From Perna viridis (taxonomy: Eukaryota): 64,000 nt of DNA. Each line of letters opens with the position of its first letter. Position 1 is the first letter of the stretch. The notes below the pieces were generated by a model. The model was not told the origin of the DNA and made no database searches. It saw only the letters and a list, made by a program, of their open reading frames with translations. This document shows, in pieces, positions 38,812 through 53,030 of the stretch. Location: contig CM074522.1 of assembly GCA_037379345.1 (NCBI GenBank), positions 26,226,001-26,290,000 of the forward strand, read 5' to 3'. The position numbers were made by a program, and so were the translations under genes.

Positions 38812-39330
38812 CCCCGTGCAGGTCCGGGTGTTAAAAGAATAGGCCTGCAGCAGCGCGAAGCTTGTCGTAAAAGGCGACTAAATAGTGCTCAGAACCCTAG
38901 CCGAGGGCTAGGGCGCTCTGCCCACAGAGCAACTGGGATGTGTGCCCCAGGTGGTGGAATGGGATACCCCTGGCGTGTTACATGCTGGGGTTGTCAGGCT
39001 ATAATACGGAAAACCTGACCGCAAACCATAGTGGTGCACCGTGTTGGGAAAGATGCAACCTTCCTCGCACGTTAAAGAACCCTACTATGGTATTCTTCCG
39101 GAGTAGGAACCATAGGGCTCCGCCACAGGAGGCTAAATTGCCCTACCCTACCCACCTCTCCCTATTTCCAGTGGCAATCAAAATTTGTTGACCCCATTGT
39201 CCTTGTGTCACATCCCTTTTTCATTTCATCATCATTTCATGTTCATTTTATCATCAATTTCATGTTCATCGTCTGAATATAGCTGAAATATTGCTGCTCG
39301 GACGTTAAACCCCAACAAACAAACAAACAA
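38812..39330 (+). mobile_element. SINE-like non-autonomous retroelement, copy 2 (full length)
   Basis: 14-bp TSD TATAACAATATTTT (38798-38811 and 39331-39344), (CAAA)n tail, internal GCACGTTAAAGAACCC motif. Confidence 0.9.
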
Positions 39331-39582
39331 TATAACAATATTTTGAAGTGTTAGTTGTAGTGTCGTAATTATTTCTAATGATTGTTTAAAGCGTTGCGGG
39401 CTAATCGTAATCTGTTTTATGAGGATAAGATACTTAACAACATGGTACATGCTCCAAATTTGTGAGACCTAGTTTTTTTGTCTTCCTAGCTATATGTTTT
39501 GATACTTTGGGATTTTAACTTCTTCATTTAAAACAACTTTTTTTTGTCTTCTCAAGTTTGAATTTTTCAACTGAATGTTTGA

Positions 39583-39915
39583 AAGAGTAATCAAGGGAAC
39601 CAAGGTTATAGCGGTAATCAAAAGAATGTAATCCAGGGACAAAGACCAGACATGGAAAACAGACACACAAAACAAAGAACAAAAAGTAACTAAAGTCATA
39701 CATACAAAGTAACAAAAGTAAATGAGCAACTCGGACTCCACTAAAAACTGGGAGCATGGACCAGGTGCACCGGTAGGGTAAGCGTCCTCTGCTTTTCTTG
39801 AAACACCCGCCGAGTTGCTCATAAAAAGTCAAATCCGGGGTAGACAAACGAGGAAAGGCAAAGTATGACCCGTTGAATAAATCAGTTTTCATGGTGCTGA
39901 TGGATATATCATAAC
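39583..39915 (-). mobile_element. Penelope-like (Naiad-type) 3' end
   Basis: Near-identical reverse complement of 60600-60933. Includes the last RT codons (MKTDLFNGS*). Confidence 0.85.
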
Positions 39916-42885
39916 ATCATAAATTAGACTTTTGCTCAGAGTTACCTGCTTATGAGATAATCAAGGAATACATTTTAATGATAACTCATTTTACAAAATT
40001 TACAAATTCCTATGCCCGATCCTTGCAGAGACTTGTACTTGACTTTGTTCTAGTTCTTGGATATTCTATCGTATAAACATACGTCAATCATATCCCTTTT
40101 CAAAAGCAAGGGGAGGCATAAATATTAGCAAGACCTTTACTTTCTGCTGACGAATATTAAGTACAATTTGCACATCGTGGAAATGATTTTACCAACTTAT
40201 TGCTCATTGACTCAGTTAATGTTGCATGATATCATTCGCTCTAAGCATGTTCGAAAATAATCAGGAGTAACACGTTGTTTTCATTCTTGTTAAAGAAGCG
40301 TGACCATTGGTTGCAACATTTTATTGTGCGTAAAACTGTATTAAATGTTGTGTAAATATTTGATTAAGATGCTCACATCTTCGTTGTCGTAGTTTTGTAA
40401 AAATGTAATTTTACATGTGCTCTCATTATCCCAGACAATAAGGACCGTGGTTTACAAGGACCACAAATTTGGCTGTCCCTGGTCTACAAAGGAGTAGGAC
40501 GAAGTAAATCAAATGTTTAAAAGTTAAAAGTTTTAAAAAGGATGTTAAATGTTTCTTTCCATTTTCAGTTATTGTAAAGAAAAAAAATAGCAAAGCAATA
40601 TTTTATAATGTAAATACATTAAAAATGTTGGTAAATGCACTATTACAGAGAAACTCGTCTTTACCGAATTATTTTGGACTGTATAAAAAGGTGTACGGTA
40701 GTCTAAGGTTCAAAATACATTTTAACTGATACAAAGTGATTTAGACAAACAAATACATTTTACGATTATCTAAAGTTTTGTTTAGACAGGTTTCACTGAA
40801 AATTCTTTATTTACAATTTAAGGTCAAATAGGAATTTCTTTTTATATTATTGTGGCCTTTTTATATACAAATTTATTACCTTAACGTGCCAAAACACAGA
40901 ACTTAATTTAAATAACTACAGACGGCCTTTAAATGTAAAAAATGTGGTAAAGTTGAATCATTTGTAATTACTGGTAAAGGTTTTAAATATTATTTAGTAG
41001 ATAGGTCTTTATAGACTTGTTTAAGTGAAGTTTTACTATACAGACAGTAGTATCGAAATTGTTTTTACTTTTGATAAAAGTGAACTGTCATCTGCAAAAA
41101 GAATCAAAGGAAAAGTTACAATATGGCAGTTATATCTGAAAACACGTCGCACATTGTTGAAATATGACGTTATAAATATAATACAATAATTGAAAAAAGG
41201 ATCAAAGACGAACAAAAACATACAATCACTGAATAAAATAAATATCAAGTATTAACATTTTGAACCTTGGACATGGTTTTAAGTAATAAAGCTTAAACAA
41301 GTTAAGTCATTTATTTGCGATAGCTAAGAAAGATATTGCATATACAATCGCCATACATAAAAGCAGTTTCGATTAACGTTTTCATAAATGTGCAATATAT
41401 TATCAGCCATATGCTTTTAAAAACCTGATCTTAATTACGGGCTAATGATTATTTAAAGATACAAGTACGGCTAATGTGATCACTTAGCAATCTGTGGTGT
41501 TAAATAAATCCATTTACAAGCTCTTCAAATTATTTACGCTGCAGAATTGTTGATAACCCTGAACTATTTTATCATTTTTATTCTTTTGAATTTCATTATC
41601 AAGTTGCGACACAAGATGCCAGAAAAGTGTAACATGAAATTGATCATCCACTTTTTACCTAATTTCATCATAAGCAATTAAGTGCTTTTTATATAAGAGG
41701 ACGCTTACCCTACCGATGCATCTGGTCCATATTCCCAGCGCTTAGTTGAGTATGGGTTGTTCATTTACTTTTGTTGCATGTTACTTTAGTTATTTTATAC
41801 CTTTTGTCTAGTGTGTCCATTTCCTTGGCTAGTAGTAACCCCTGAGTCGCATACTTAACGATTACCGCTCAATTCTAGGTCCCCTTAATCGCCCCTTGTC
41901 GTTTAAGACCATGTACAATTGCCCTTGAAACGTCCTTCTAGTTTTGACTCTTGTCTGAAACTTTTCAAACTCTTCAAAGTTTATTTTAGATGACCTCTTT
42001 TGTCAGAATGGTGGGTTTTCAAATGCTTGTATAAATGATACAAAATTAAGCTCTTCAACATTATGTTTAATATTTCCTATCCGGAAAATCTAGCAAGAAA
42101 GTATCTGGTGCTATATACTTCCTTGGACGAGTCTTATTCAACATTCAAAATCCTTAAGTGAACTTTCGATGTTTTTGTTTGCAGTAAAGACATCTTTATC
42201 TATGTTAAAGTAAGATTAGATCTGTTTCGTTTTTCACATATACGAATCAGTGAATCAGGTGAGCCGAAATGATTTAAGGAAAATTTCAAGTTATTCTCAA
42301 TAATGAAAATTTTCTTAAAGATAAGTTGACATTTTGAAAATGTAAAGAAAAGCGAATGACATTTTATACAGATACTTATGAACAATAAGGTATTTTGAAT
42401 TGTGACTTGATAAACTGAATGCGAAATGTTCAATATAAAACATTTTGAATCTGACAGAAGGGTGGCTGTTTAATAAAATGAAATTCTCTTCGTTGTTAGA
42501 TAACTTTCATTCAAAAATATATCTTGAAATACATCGATGCATGTCTTAAGGTGACAAGACGTGATATTGATGCTAATTAAAACATTGAATGACAACGCTC
42601 TAAAGACAAAATTGTTTCTGCAGTATACGAATACATCTAACATATTGTTTTGCGAAGATTACAAATTATAAAAGCACAATTTCAAGTACTAAGTATTGTG
42701 GAATGAGTATCACTCAAGTTTGATTGTAATTATGTTACTTCATTTCAGATCATTTGCCTTTGATAATCATTGGATAAGAAGTTCAACAAGCGGTTCATAC
42801 TTCATAGACAGTTTACTCAAAGTATTCATGGATGTTTTTATTACTTTACAAGGACATTGTTGATAACAACAGAAAATATTGAACA

Positions 42886-43222
42886 ATGCCGTTCGGACAT
42901 ACAGAGGGGTTTATCCCCACAGATATTCATAGGAGTTGTAACGGGGACTTAAAACATTCAAATCACCAGGAAAAAGAAGAATTTCTACCTCATGAAAATG
43001 GCCGACGGAAGGACGTTAAGGGTGATAAAAAATTCAAAGAAACAAAAGAGACGAATAAATTACCAAACGAAAAAGTTGACGTTGTTGTTCAGTTGTATGA
43101 TAACCCTGGTTGTTCGAAACGATGGACTAACAGAGAGAAATACTTGTTGTGTATATGTTCCCTCTTATTTTTCGCATGTGTTGCTTTCATTATTGTGGCC
43201 TTTATTCGAGACAAAGAAACCG
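42886..43222 (+). CDS. Nep1: Neprilysin-1-like M13 peptidase, coding exon 1 (cytoplasmic tail and signal-anchor TM helix)
   Basis: Acceptor at 42748, so the exon includes 5' UTR. Reads MPFGHTEG...RWTNREKYLLCICSLLFFACVAFIIVAFIRDKET. Donor G|GTAAGT, phase 1. Confidence 0.85.
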
Positions 43223-44389
43223 GTAAGTACAATGAATTATTAAAACGATAGATGTACATTAAGAAATGATTGCGTTCATGATTTTTTACAATTTTGCGAG
43301 ATTGGCCTAAATTGGGAATTTGATTTTTGAGATTGAGAGAGAATTCCCGTTCTACTAATGTTACAGTTTCATAATCTGTGTTATTACTGCAAATTAAAGT
43401 CCGTTGCAATTTTGCAATTATAAGAACATTAAACAAATTTCTTTATGTGTCATTCATTTACATTGAACATATAACTTCCGATGGCTTCATTGATCAATTT
43501 ATTTAAAAATTCGAATATCTAAAAATTCGTTATCTGTCAGTATAATTTACTTACATATAATCTTATGATACCTCCGACATGAATCTCAATGAAACATCTT
43601 TGAATAGAAACTTATTTAAGATCAAAATTTGAAAAAAAGGCACTAATGTTCACGCAAATTTCACAGGAAACTGAAGTTTCATGAACAAAGTAACTTAGCA
43701 CAAAATTAATGTGTCATTTTATAATGTAAAAATAAAGACATTTATTCACGCAAAGGTTCCTGTCATTCACGTTCACCACTTGAAACATTTATTTGTAAAA
43801 CGATGATTCACAACAGAGAACTTGCAATAATGAAGTAATAAACGAACAAGCAAAGACAAATACAAGCTCCACGCAGCAGAAGACGTTCGTTATCTCTCTT
43901 ACTAACCGCTGCAAACAAGCTTTTCGAAATTTCCTAACATTATTTAAAACGAACGTCTTTGACAATCGGATAACGTTGTGTAACATTGTTCACTTTTACC
44001 CGACTTTGCAAGATTCTTGCATTTTCTGAGAAGGTTGGTGTCAGCGTCTACCTGGAGTTTCGAAAGCCAAACGCCATTCGGTGCTAGGGAAAATCCATTC
44101 TACAAAACAATTCTTGGAACACCGAAAGGACAACATTCATAGAAGAATGAATTATGCAGCATACAAAACGTGTTATTTTTTACGGTGTTGTAATAGGAGA
44201 AATTCTTTGCACAAGTTTTGTGTTTAGGGGTCAAATGTAAAGATCTTATCTTTAACAGATTCTTTTTTTTTATATATCTATAGACGGCTTACACTATGTT
44301 TTAAGGAAATTTCTGCGGTGTACAAGAGATCACAAACATAACGCAAACATTAGATTATGATGAACGGAAACACTGGTATCAATAATTAT

Positions 44390-44640
44390 TGTCCCATGCC
44401 GCTGCGCGGAAGGGAACATAAGTACCAGTGTCCGTCCGTATGTCCGTCCGGTCATACTTGTAGACACAACTCAACAAAAATCGATTCAGGGATTTTGTTT
44501 AAATATTTTAGCAATGTTCGTCAACATTTCTAAGTGCCATCATTTTGATTCAACAAATTCTACAGGAGTTATCGGACTTTTGTACTTATCAAAATTTTCA
44601 ATATATTATCAATATTTTTCACATTTGTTTCCTTATTTTC
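44390..44640 (+). mobile_element. Helentron-associated (HINE/DINE-like) non-autonomous element remnant; similar remnants near 2490-2760 and 4090-4200
   Basis: Subterminal hairpin (tgtccc...gggaaca) followed by a (GTCC)n microsatellite. Confidence 0.5.
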
Positions 44641-47192
44641 TTATGTATTCATGGCTCAAACAATGGTCTCTAATAGAACGTTAACGGTGATACTAAAGTG
44701 TGACAACAAAACACTTCCGTTGGCTTTTTCTGGCAAGATACTACAGATGAGGCAAACAAAGGCTAGACTTTTAAAGTCCTTAATGAATGTTTTTGTTGTA
44801 TATTCATAAAGAACTTATCACAAAATACAGTTAAACATGGTATGATCGATACCAAAAAACTGTCTAAATCAGACACATGAAATTCCTTTATACCAGTTGA
44901 ATGTATTTTGAATCTTGATAAACATACCTAATTCTTCAGTCAACGATATGCTCGGTTTAGACAGGTTTTAGTGTAAAATATCTTTAAAACCATTAAAAAA
45001 TATTCTCTGTCGACCTGTATATTATGAAATAATAATCGGTGATTAACAAGATAGGGATAAGCTTAAGTAACTGAAAGCAATCATTTAGAATTAAAGAACG
45101 TTCGTGACACGAACATTGAATTGCTCCGTTTGATTAGAACTGTTTAATCACAAATACCGTGATGTTCTATCTCACTTTGAAGACGCCAATTACGATTTGA
45201 TACCAAAAACAACAAGACAAACATTCGTGGTAAAAGCCGTAATTGACAAACTCATGATTGTTTGATAAAAGTATTTGTAATTTGTGCCGAGAGAGGATAC
45301 CATTACGGCTTCCAATAAGAGATCAAAATATATGATGTGAATTACGTTTGTCACAAATGGATATTAGGGTTTCAGAGACGGAATTTTTAATGGACGCACT
45401 CAGCGACGAAAGTTGCATAAAACGGAGACAGACAATAGTCCGACCTTATTCTGTCATTCACAAACTAATAATTGATTGATTGATTGATTGTTTTATAGAC
45501 AGCTTTGGGTAATATAACGGTAGGAAAGTGATGTTGTAGATTAGGATAACTCCAAGCCACAATAAAACCGTAACGTTTTATCTGGTTTCAGTTGTTCTTA
45601 CAAGCGGTTTATGTTCTATAGTCTGGATAATTATTTGTTTGGAATTATAGAATTCGTATTTATGGCAAACCAAACAATAAATGAACAAAACAACGTTCAT
45701 CCCAACAAGTTGCCTAAATTTCGGTAATTAATAAAGGCAGGTTTATTTCAAAACAAGGCGGGGCTTTAAATTGATACATCCAGAAATGTTATTACTAAAA
45801 TGCCTCCAATTCATCTCATATAGGATCACCATCAATTTTAAAGTGTGTACCCATAGTGATGGGGAATAATCAAAGAAGTCATCCAAAATAGTTACACGTT
45901 GCTAATGGTAAAGGCGATGCAAGGTGCAGATTAGCCAATCCAAAAAAATGATGCTTTTTCGGTTTAACATAGGCAAGATATATACTTCGGAGGAAACCAT
46001 CTCCTTAATTCATCAACAAACTCAAGAAAGATAAATCCTGTGATATGTGATTTCGACTTACATATATCACCTCTTGTCTGATGTTTATAAAGGCTGCTAT
46101 TTATTTTGTTGAAAATTTGTTGAATTGCACTGCAACATTCGTCGGCAATAAACTCTATTTAGAATATAACAAGGAAAAATAACCCTTCCTCAGCATTGTT
46201 TTTGTTTAGAGTTTGTCCTAGTAGTATTGAATGTTTTCAGATAAAAAGTTCCACAACTATCTACGCACACAAGCATCTGCATGATTCTTACAAATAAATG
46301 TGTTCTTTAAATAATTCCCTATGTCTTCAGAGCATCATACACAGATGTTGCAGAATAATTAAGTTATCGTTAAGTTGGTCTGGTCTTTGTCTTTTCCAAT
46401 TGAATAATGCTGACACGTTCGGAGACAAAATGTGATAGAATGTCAAATATCTACTACGTCTTCCTTGTTTTGGTTATAATTGAACTACATTTTGCTATCT
46501 ATCGCTGATACGGAGTCATTACACAAGGAAATATGTTCCCAGTAGTATTATTTAATACTGCAACAGAAAGAAGGACGACTTTGTTAGCACAAAAGTTGGA
46601 TATGGTTTTAGGTCGTTTTTTCTTAGACGTTCCTTTAGACATGAATTATTTTCGGTCATTCACCCTTTCGTTGTATTCGACTTAAAACCGATCATAATTC
46701 GTAAGTCAATAAGTACATGTAAAATCGTTCATTTACGTGGCGACAAATGGATTCTCGTTTTTGGCGTCTCTTTACTATATAACCGAAACCGTTTTAAACA
46801 TTTAGTACTCCATTTATAATAAACACATTGTTTGTAACATGTTTTCGGAGTTCCAGAGTATATGCCTAAGCATTGCAGATAAACCAACAAATAAAATTAC
46901 AAAATAAACAGTATGTATTTTGTGATACGTTGGTTACGAGTATTAATGTAATTAAAACACACTTAATACATATCATGCAAATAAACATTATTTATGTACT
47001 TTCCTGATCCATGTTCAAATTAATATGCTTCCTTAGCATTTTGTTTGGCTTTATGCATGCGCGTGTATATATGTAATAGCCTTATTTTCTAATACCCTAA
47101 AACTCTCCATCCATTTGTTAGGGAATACAAGGGTTTACTCCCTTTACTGTTATAAAGGTTTTGAAATGATATTTTTTTTATTACCGTTTCAG

Positions 47193-47240
47193 TGCCTGGT
47201 AACTATAAAGTATGTATATCTCAGGACTGTATAAGAACCG
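47193..47240 (+). CDS. Nep1: Neprilysin exon 2
   Basis: tttcag|VPGNYKVCISQDCIRT|gtaagt, with the M13 C-x4-C motif. Confidence 0.9.
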
Positions 47241-47751
47241 GTAAGTAACACAAGAAAAATCTTTTTATAATAGAATTATGTTATGCACTTCAAATGGTTA
47301 ATAATGCAGGTATATTGTATCAAGCATTTGCATTTCTAAGCTTACAAAGGTAGACAGCTAAAAGTGCAAATTAACCCCTGTAAGAAAATATTTGCTATAC
47401 CGTATGCTGATCTTCACTCATGTGTGTAAAGCAATTTATCGTAGGGCCCTGCAATATATGTGTCTCTGTTTTGCGGACATAACATGCCATTTAATGGAAG
47501 AATTTTTTTTGCGTTTTGAAAGGCGAATGTGCAATACATGTAGCATAGGTATTATGACTTCATTATTTGTTAAATTTACAACAACAACTTAAACAGTTGA
47601 AGGAAAATTACCACTTGCAACATGTCAAAAAAGAATAAGCCATACTGTTATATATGCATCATTCATTTATTCATGAATCTAATTTGTGTATGTAGTTTCA
47701 TGGTATTCGCTGCTTTTTAAAAATGTATCACTATTTCACAATTCAATTTAG

Positions 47752-47913
47752 CTACATTATTACTGGATGCTATGGACACATCAGTGGATCCTTGCTCAGA
47801 TTTTTTCCAGTATGCCTGCGGCAGTTGGAACAGAAAGCATATAATCCCTGAGGATAAATCTAGTTTTAATACGTTCGAGAAAATGCATGATGATTTACAA
47901 ATTCAATTAAAAG
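47752..47913 (+). CDS. Nep1: Neprilysin exon 3
   Basis: ATLLLDAMDTSVDPCSDFFQYACGSW...LQIQLK, with the DPC.DF..YACG.W M13 signature. Confidence 0.95.
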
Positions 47914-48987
47914 GTAAATTGGGTATATTGATATCATCAACAACGACTAATGGGTATAATTAAATGGATTTATAGCAGTCCATTTAAGTTTGAAGCAAAA
48001 TTGATAGAAATGACACACAAACATAATGCATGATCCGTTTACAATTGAAAAATGCTCTGTTTTATATATTTCAAATATAATTAGTAATGAACCAAAAATG
48101 CAATGTTTTATAATATTAGTGATGTTTTATACTCATAATTTTTATTTCTTTGATACATTTATTTATTAACAGAAGTGCTAAATATCTTATTTTGTTATTT
48201 TATGTATAGAATAACTTTGTCACGACAGTGTGCCGTCTTGCCTTGTTTTTGTTCGGATAAAGATGTAAACATATTTTTTTTATTTAGAATAGTTTAAATA
48301 GGGAGCCAGGTTCTAAATGTTGACTGGGTATAAATTGTTTTTAATTCAAAACTGTCTACATGTTTTGTTGTTGTTTTCCGTCTGTCTCCATTTCTTTGCT
48401 TCAGTTTTCGGACTCGTCTTGGCTGATTCGATAAATTATAGGTTATCTTTTTTTACCTGAAGGAATTGTATACAGTTAAAAAGAAGTACTAATACATCAT
48501 ACGATTGCAATTCGAAAGAATTAACTATATGTATTATCTGACGAGAGTCTCTTGACCACATGCTGCTGTTTTTTAAACAAAATCGTAAGTTTAAAATTAG
48601 TCGTAAGTAATGCTATCATAATAGATAAAATATTGTGATGTTATAAATTACGACTAAATTTGCACTTATAATTTTGGTAAAATGGAGCACTGATGTTCAT
48701 TTGACCATAAACAATGTATGCATTTATATACGTAGATCTAAAAGTTAAGTGAAAGCTCGTATATTTATTGGTATCAACTGGCATGTGATGTCAGTATCGG
48801 TAGTTCATAAAATTTACTCTCACGGTTTCCGATGTTCGTCACCAAGATGCTTTGTTGTTAAGAGATAAAGTTTAGGAAATTGCCATACACATAGCTTTTG
48901 CTCTTTGTCATAACGACAAACACCTATTATTTTTCTGACTAAAGTAATTAAAAGTTTAAAGGGTTTGACCAAACTGTTTTCTTCCAG

Positions 48988-49071
48988 CATTATTGGAAGA
49001 ACCTATCTACAAACAAGACACTGACGCAACAAAAAAGGCAAAAACACTCTACAAGTCTTGTACAAATATAT
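48988..49071 (+). CDS. Nep1: Neprilysin exon 4
   Basis: ALLEEPIYKQDTDATKKAKTLYKSCTNI; canonical sites, phases 1/1. Confidence 0.93.
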
Positions 49072-49597
49072 GTAAGTATTTATATCATGTATTAAACTGT
49101 GTTAGAAGTATTAAATCAAGGATGTGAAGGTAACAAACAAAATAAGTGCTGACAATACATTTTTGTTTCCTGAGCAAAGCAGGAAACAATGCTCTCAGTA
49201 GGTTGCAATCTATAAAACTCGGAAGATTCATACATGCCAAGAACCAACCGAATTCTATTTTATTTCTTATTCAAAAAGAGTTGCAGGCTACATAACAAGT
49301 CTTAGTTTGTCCATTTGATATAACAAAATTATAGATATTGTACATGAAACTGGCTGTTTACAAGAGTTATTCAATATTTGAGATTAATGTATGGTTTTCT
49401 CCATACATATGTTTGCATAAAGGACTTGAATAACATGAATTCAAATAACATAATTTGTTTAGAAAAGATCGTCTATTGCAATTGGTTGGGGGAGATTTCA
49501 AAGTTTTTTTTAGGTCTATAAGTTTGCGTTTTGTTTTGTTTCGCAACAATAAAGTACAATGTATATAAATGTATTATATTCTGCCAATTTCTTCCAG

Positions 49598-49806
49598 CGC
49601 AAATAGAAAGGGTTGGAGATCGACCACTGCGAGATGTTTTGGACAGTTATGGCGGATGGCCGGTAGCAAGCAAGACTTGGGACCCTGAGAAATTTGATCT
49701 AGAATTAATTCTTGGAAAAATGCGAGAAAAGTTTGCAAGTGTGCCTAGTTTAATGGAAGCATGGGTAGCGCCTGATGATAAAAATTCAACTATAAATATC
49801 ATTCAG
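49598..49806 (+). CDS. Nep1: Neprilysin exon 5
   Basis: SQIERVGDRPL...GGWPV...WVAPDDKNSTINIIQ. Confidence 0.95.
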
Positions 49807-50421
49807 GTAAAGCGATACAAGAAATAAAATATTATCTAAGATTAATCAATAAGAAGACAAAAAAATAATTGATCAAAATAGGCAACCGCGTTATTTTCAT
49901 ATACCGCTGTAAATGAGTTATTTGTTTTATTTGTTGCAAAAGCGCACAATAGTCCTTTTTCATATTTGCGGAATGCAAGCTATTTTGGCAAGTTTTTCAA
50001 AGGGACGATATCCACCAACACACGTCAACCTGGTTGGTGGTCTCATTGGGGAAATGAAGAACAGTAAACATCTGCCTTTGAAACTCCAAACTTTTTTTTC
50101 ATTTCGGTAAGTACACAAATGTTTTTTCTGTTGCCGACAATAATCAGGGTAAGTATGACGATATGAATTTATAAATGGTGAAAGTAAAAGATTGCTTGAT
50201 TTCTAAATACAGACATTTTAGTAAAGTACTCCCGGTGTCCGTCAGAAGGCAACTCATGATTTTGTCTATGTTTAAACACTTGTTATTCATTACATGAGAA
50301 CCTGAACTATTAGCGTTTTCACCTTACATCTTTGTGTTATGTTTATTTAATTTCAATTTATCAATGTCTATGAATGGTGCATAGGAATGGTTTCCAATTA
50401 AATGTATTTTGCCTTGTGCAG

Positions 50422-50604
50422 ATGGACCAAGCCGTTCTCGGTATGCCAAGCAGAGAATATTACGTTTACGACAGTGACTCAGAAAAATATATAGATTCGT
50501 ACCTACGTTTCATGATTCAAGTAGCTATATTAATGGGTGCAGATGAAAAAGTTGCACACAGGGAAATGAAAGAAGTCTTTGATTTTGAGCAGAAAATAGC
50601 TAAC
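50422..50604 (+). CDS. Nep1: Neprilysin exon 6
   Basis: MDQAVLGMPSREYY...VFDFEQKIAN. Confidence 0.95.
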
Positions 50605-51492
50605 GTATGTAGATCATTATTGATTCTGATTATATTCTAATTAACCGCACTACAGAACAATCAACTCAAAACTCTAGGTAATAAAATCTTTATTTTATCG
50701 TTTTTGATTAAATTTGAAATATTTGAAAATGTGTTTAACACTGTTAAAATTGAATAAGCAACATTAATTAAAACACTATACGTCAAGTGTTCTTTGAAGT
50801 GAAAAGGCAGGTATTAACAATTTATGTCATATTGAATATTTCAAAGTGAAATAAGTTGCATCAGAATGAAATAGTGATTTATTTATTACATCATGATAAT
50901 GCCAAAAATTCAGAATGATGAAGTACGTCTGTATCCTGTCTTAGTTGATTAAAAATTCAATTCATAGTCTTAAAAACGATTTCATCGCCTGGCATTTTTC
51001 TTATGTCTGATGCAAGATCACTTTTATGAGGAACCTCTTTCAGAAAATCAAAGCAATCAGGTCAATTACTTAAGATGGTAGACTTGAGGTAAGGGACATA
51101 ACTTGAAATCAATGATATGTTTGAATCACATTCAATTTCACCAAAGTTCATTAAGCTTTCATTTGAAGTAGAATCAAATAATCAAAGGTACATTGATGCT
51201 TAGATGAAATTGGTGTAAAATGCTTTACACAAACGTTCCAAAGATTTGTAAGAGTTACGTTTCTTACCCCAGGTCAACTTTCTCAAAACTCTTTATCAAA
51301 ATAAATTGAAAAATATCGTAAAAAAGGTCTCAAATTTATGTAATCAAAGACGTTTGATGTCATTTCATTAAAAGTTTCGATGGACAAACCAAGGTAAAAT
51401 CCGAGTCAATTTATTTTTATTATCTTTGACTATTTTTATATTCTCCATGTACTAGGAGTATATGTATGATATATATTTGATCTTGCTTTTAG

Positions 51493-51579
51493 ATTTCAAA
51501 ACCTCTGAATGAACGGCAAGATACTGGAGCGATCTATAAGAAACTGACTTTAAAAGAACTAATTCATCTCGCCCCAAAG
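51493..51579 (+). CDS. Nep1: Neprilysin exon 7
   Basis: ISKPLNERQDTGAIYKKLTLKELIHLAPK; phases 0/0. Confidence 0.92.
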
Positions 51580-52093
51580 GTTTGTATGTTTGTATAAATC
51601 ATAGGCACGAATTAATACCAAATTTGACTTCAGGAATAAACAGAAAATGATGATTGATATGGAAAAGTATTAAATATCAAATTACTAACCCTGCATATAT
51701 CAAATTACAAGAAATACACGAAGAATAACGAATGCAAGCATTGACGTCCAATATAGATCCCTGGTAGATTGTTTTAATAAGCAGAAGTAGTATTATATGA
51801 TACATGGAAGAGGATTTGGGACATGGATGAGGACATGGTGTTTACGATATGGGAAATTAGGATTTTAAATTGGAGATAGAGATTTTGAATGACTTCTGTT
51901 AACAATTTTTTAAAATCTCAATGATATTTCATTTATTAAAACAAAAAAACGTAATGAAGTATTACGAAATGAAAAATGAAAACAAAATTTTAAAAAATGA
52001 ATGGTTGATAATAAGTTTTCTGAAAAACGCAATTGGAATTATATGTAGGTCAGACGGTCAAAAACACGTTTAAGGTAATAATAAATAAGCTGT

Positions 52094-52601
52094 AAGAGCA
52101 ATCAAGGGAACCAATGTTATAGTGGTAATCAAAAGAATGTAATCCAGGTTCAAAGACCAGACATGGAAAACAGACATACACAACAAAGAACACAAAGTAA
52201 CTAAAATCATGCATACAAAATAACAAAAGCAAATGAGCTACTCAAACTCCACTAAAAACTGGGTGCATGGACCAGGTGCACCGGTAGGGTAAGCGTCCTT
52301 TGCTTTTCTAGAAACACCCGCCGCGTTGCTCATAAAAAGTCAAATCCGGGGTAGACAAACGAGGAAAGGAAAACTATGACCCGTTGAATAAATCAGTTTT
52401 CATGGTGCAGATGGATACACCATAACGATCCACGTGTTCATGATGTCGACCATAAAACTTCTGTAGTTATGACCAATCTTGTAGCAACATAACCCTGTTC
52501 CAGAAGCCTATTTGTTAGAGTTCTTGCGCGATACAAAAAGTCTGCGTAGTTTCTGCAAGCTCTGGCATGAGTTGTGATATGAACACTCCATCCGCAGGTG
52601 C
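52094..52601 (-). mobile_element. Penelope-like (Naiad-type) 3' fragment in neprilysin intron 7
   Basis: Reverse complement of about 60420-60933 with small deletions. Confidence 0.88.
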
Positions 52602-52710
52602 ATATTAATAACGTTTATTGTATTCTTAAACAGTTAAAAAAATTAAACGAAATATAAACTTTTGTCGCTGTTAAGAAGTACGAATATCAATCTAATAAAG
52701 ATAGCTATCA

Positions 52711-52899
52711 ATTCAGTCACTACATGTATGATCTAACAAACCCCATTCTACTCTCTGTTCAGTTTCGAATCGTCAGGTTTTTCCTCTGAACAATACTCTC
52801 TAAATCATGAAATATTAAATCTGATTGGTTGATCAAATAGGTCATCAGAACAGGAAGTAGAATGGAGTATTGTTAGATCTTACATGCAGTAACTGAATA
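52711..52899. repeat. Fold-back MITE-like element with inverted repeats of about 50 bp
   Basis: attcagtcactacatgtatgatctaacaaaccccattctactctctgttc matches the reverse complement of gaacaggaagtagaatggagtattgttagatcttacatgcagtaactgaat. Confidence 0.75.
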
Positions 52900-53030
52900 G
52901 AGCAATTGATAATTGGTATTTTAATTAGATTGAATGTATGCGATTAAATGTTGAATTATTATTTCATTTTATGTATATAAAGATAAAACTGTTATGACAT
53001 GAAGATCAAAGACTTTTTCTTCTTTTTTAG

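Noticed and set aside
41036-41248. LFADD motif on the minus strand suggesting a reverse transcriptase
   Set aside because: No other RT motifs are nearby. It coincides with a pyrimidine tract plus CAG and is probably chance.
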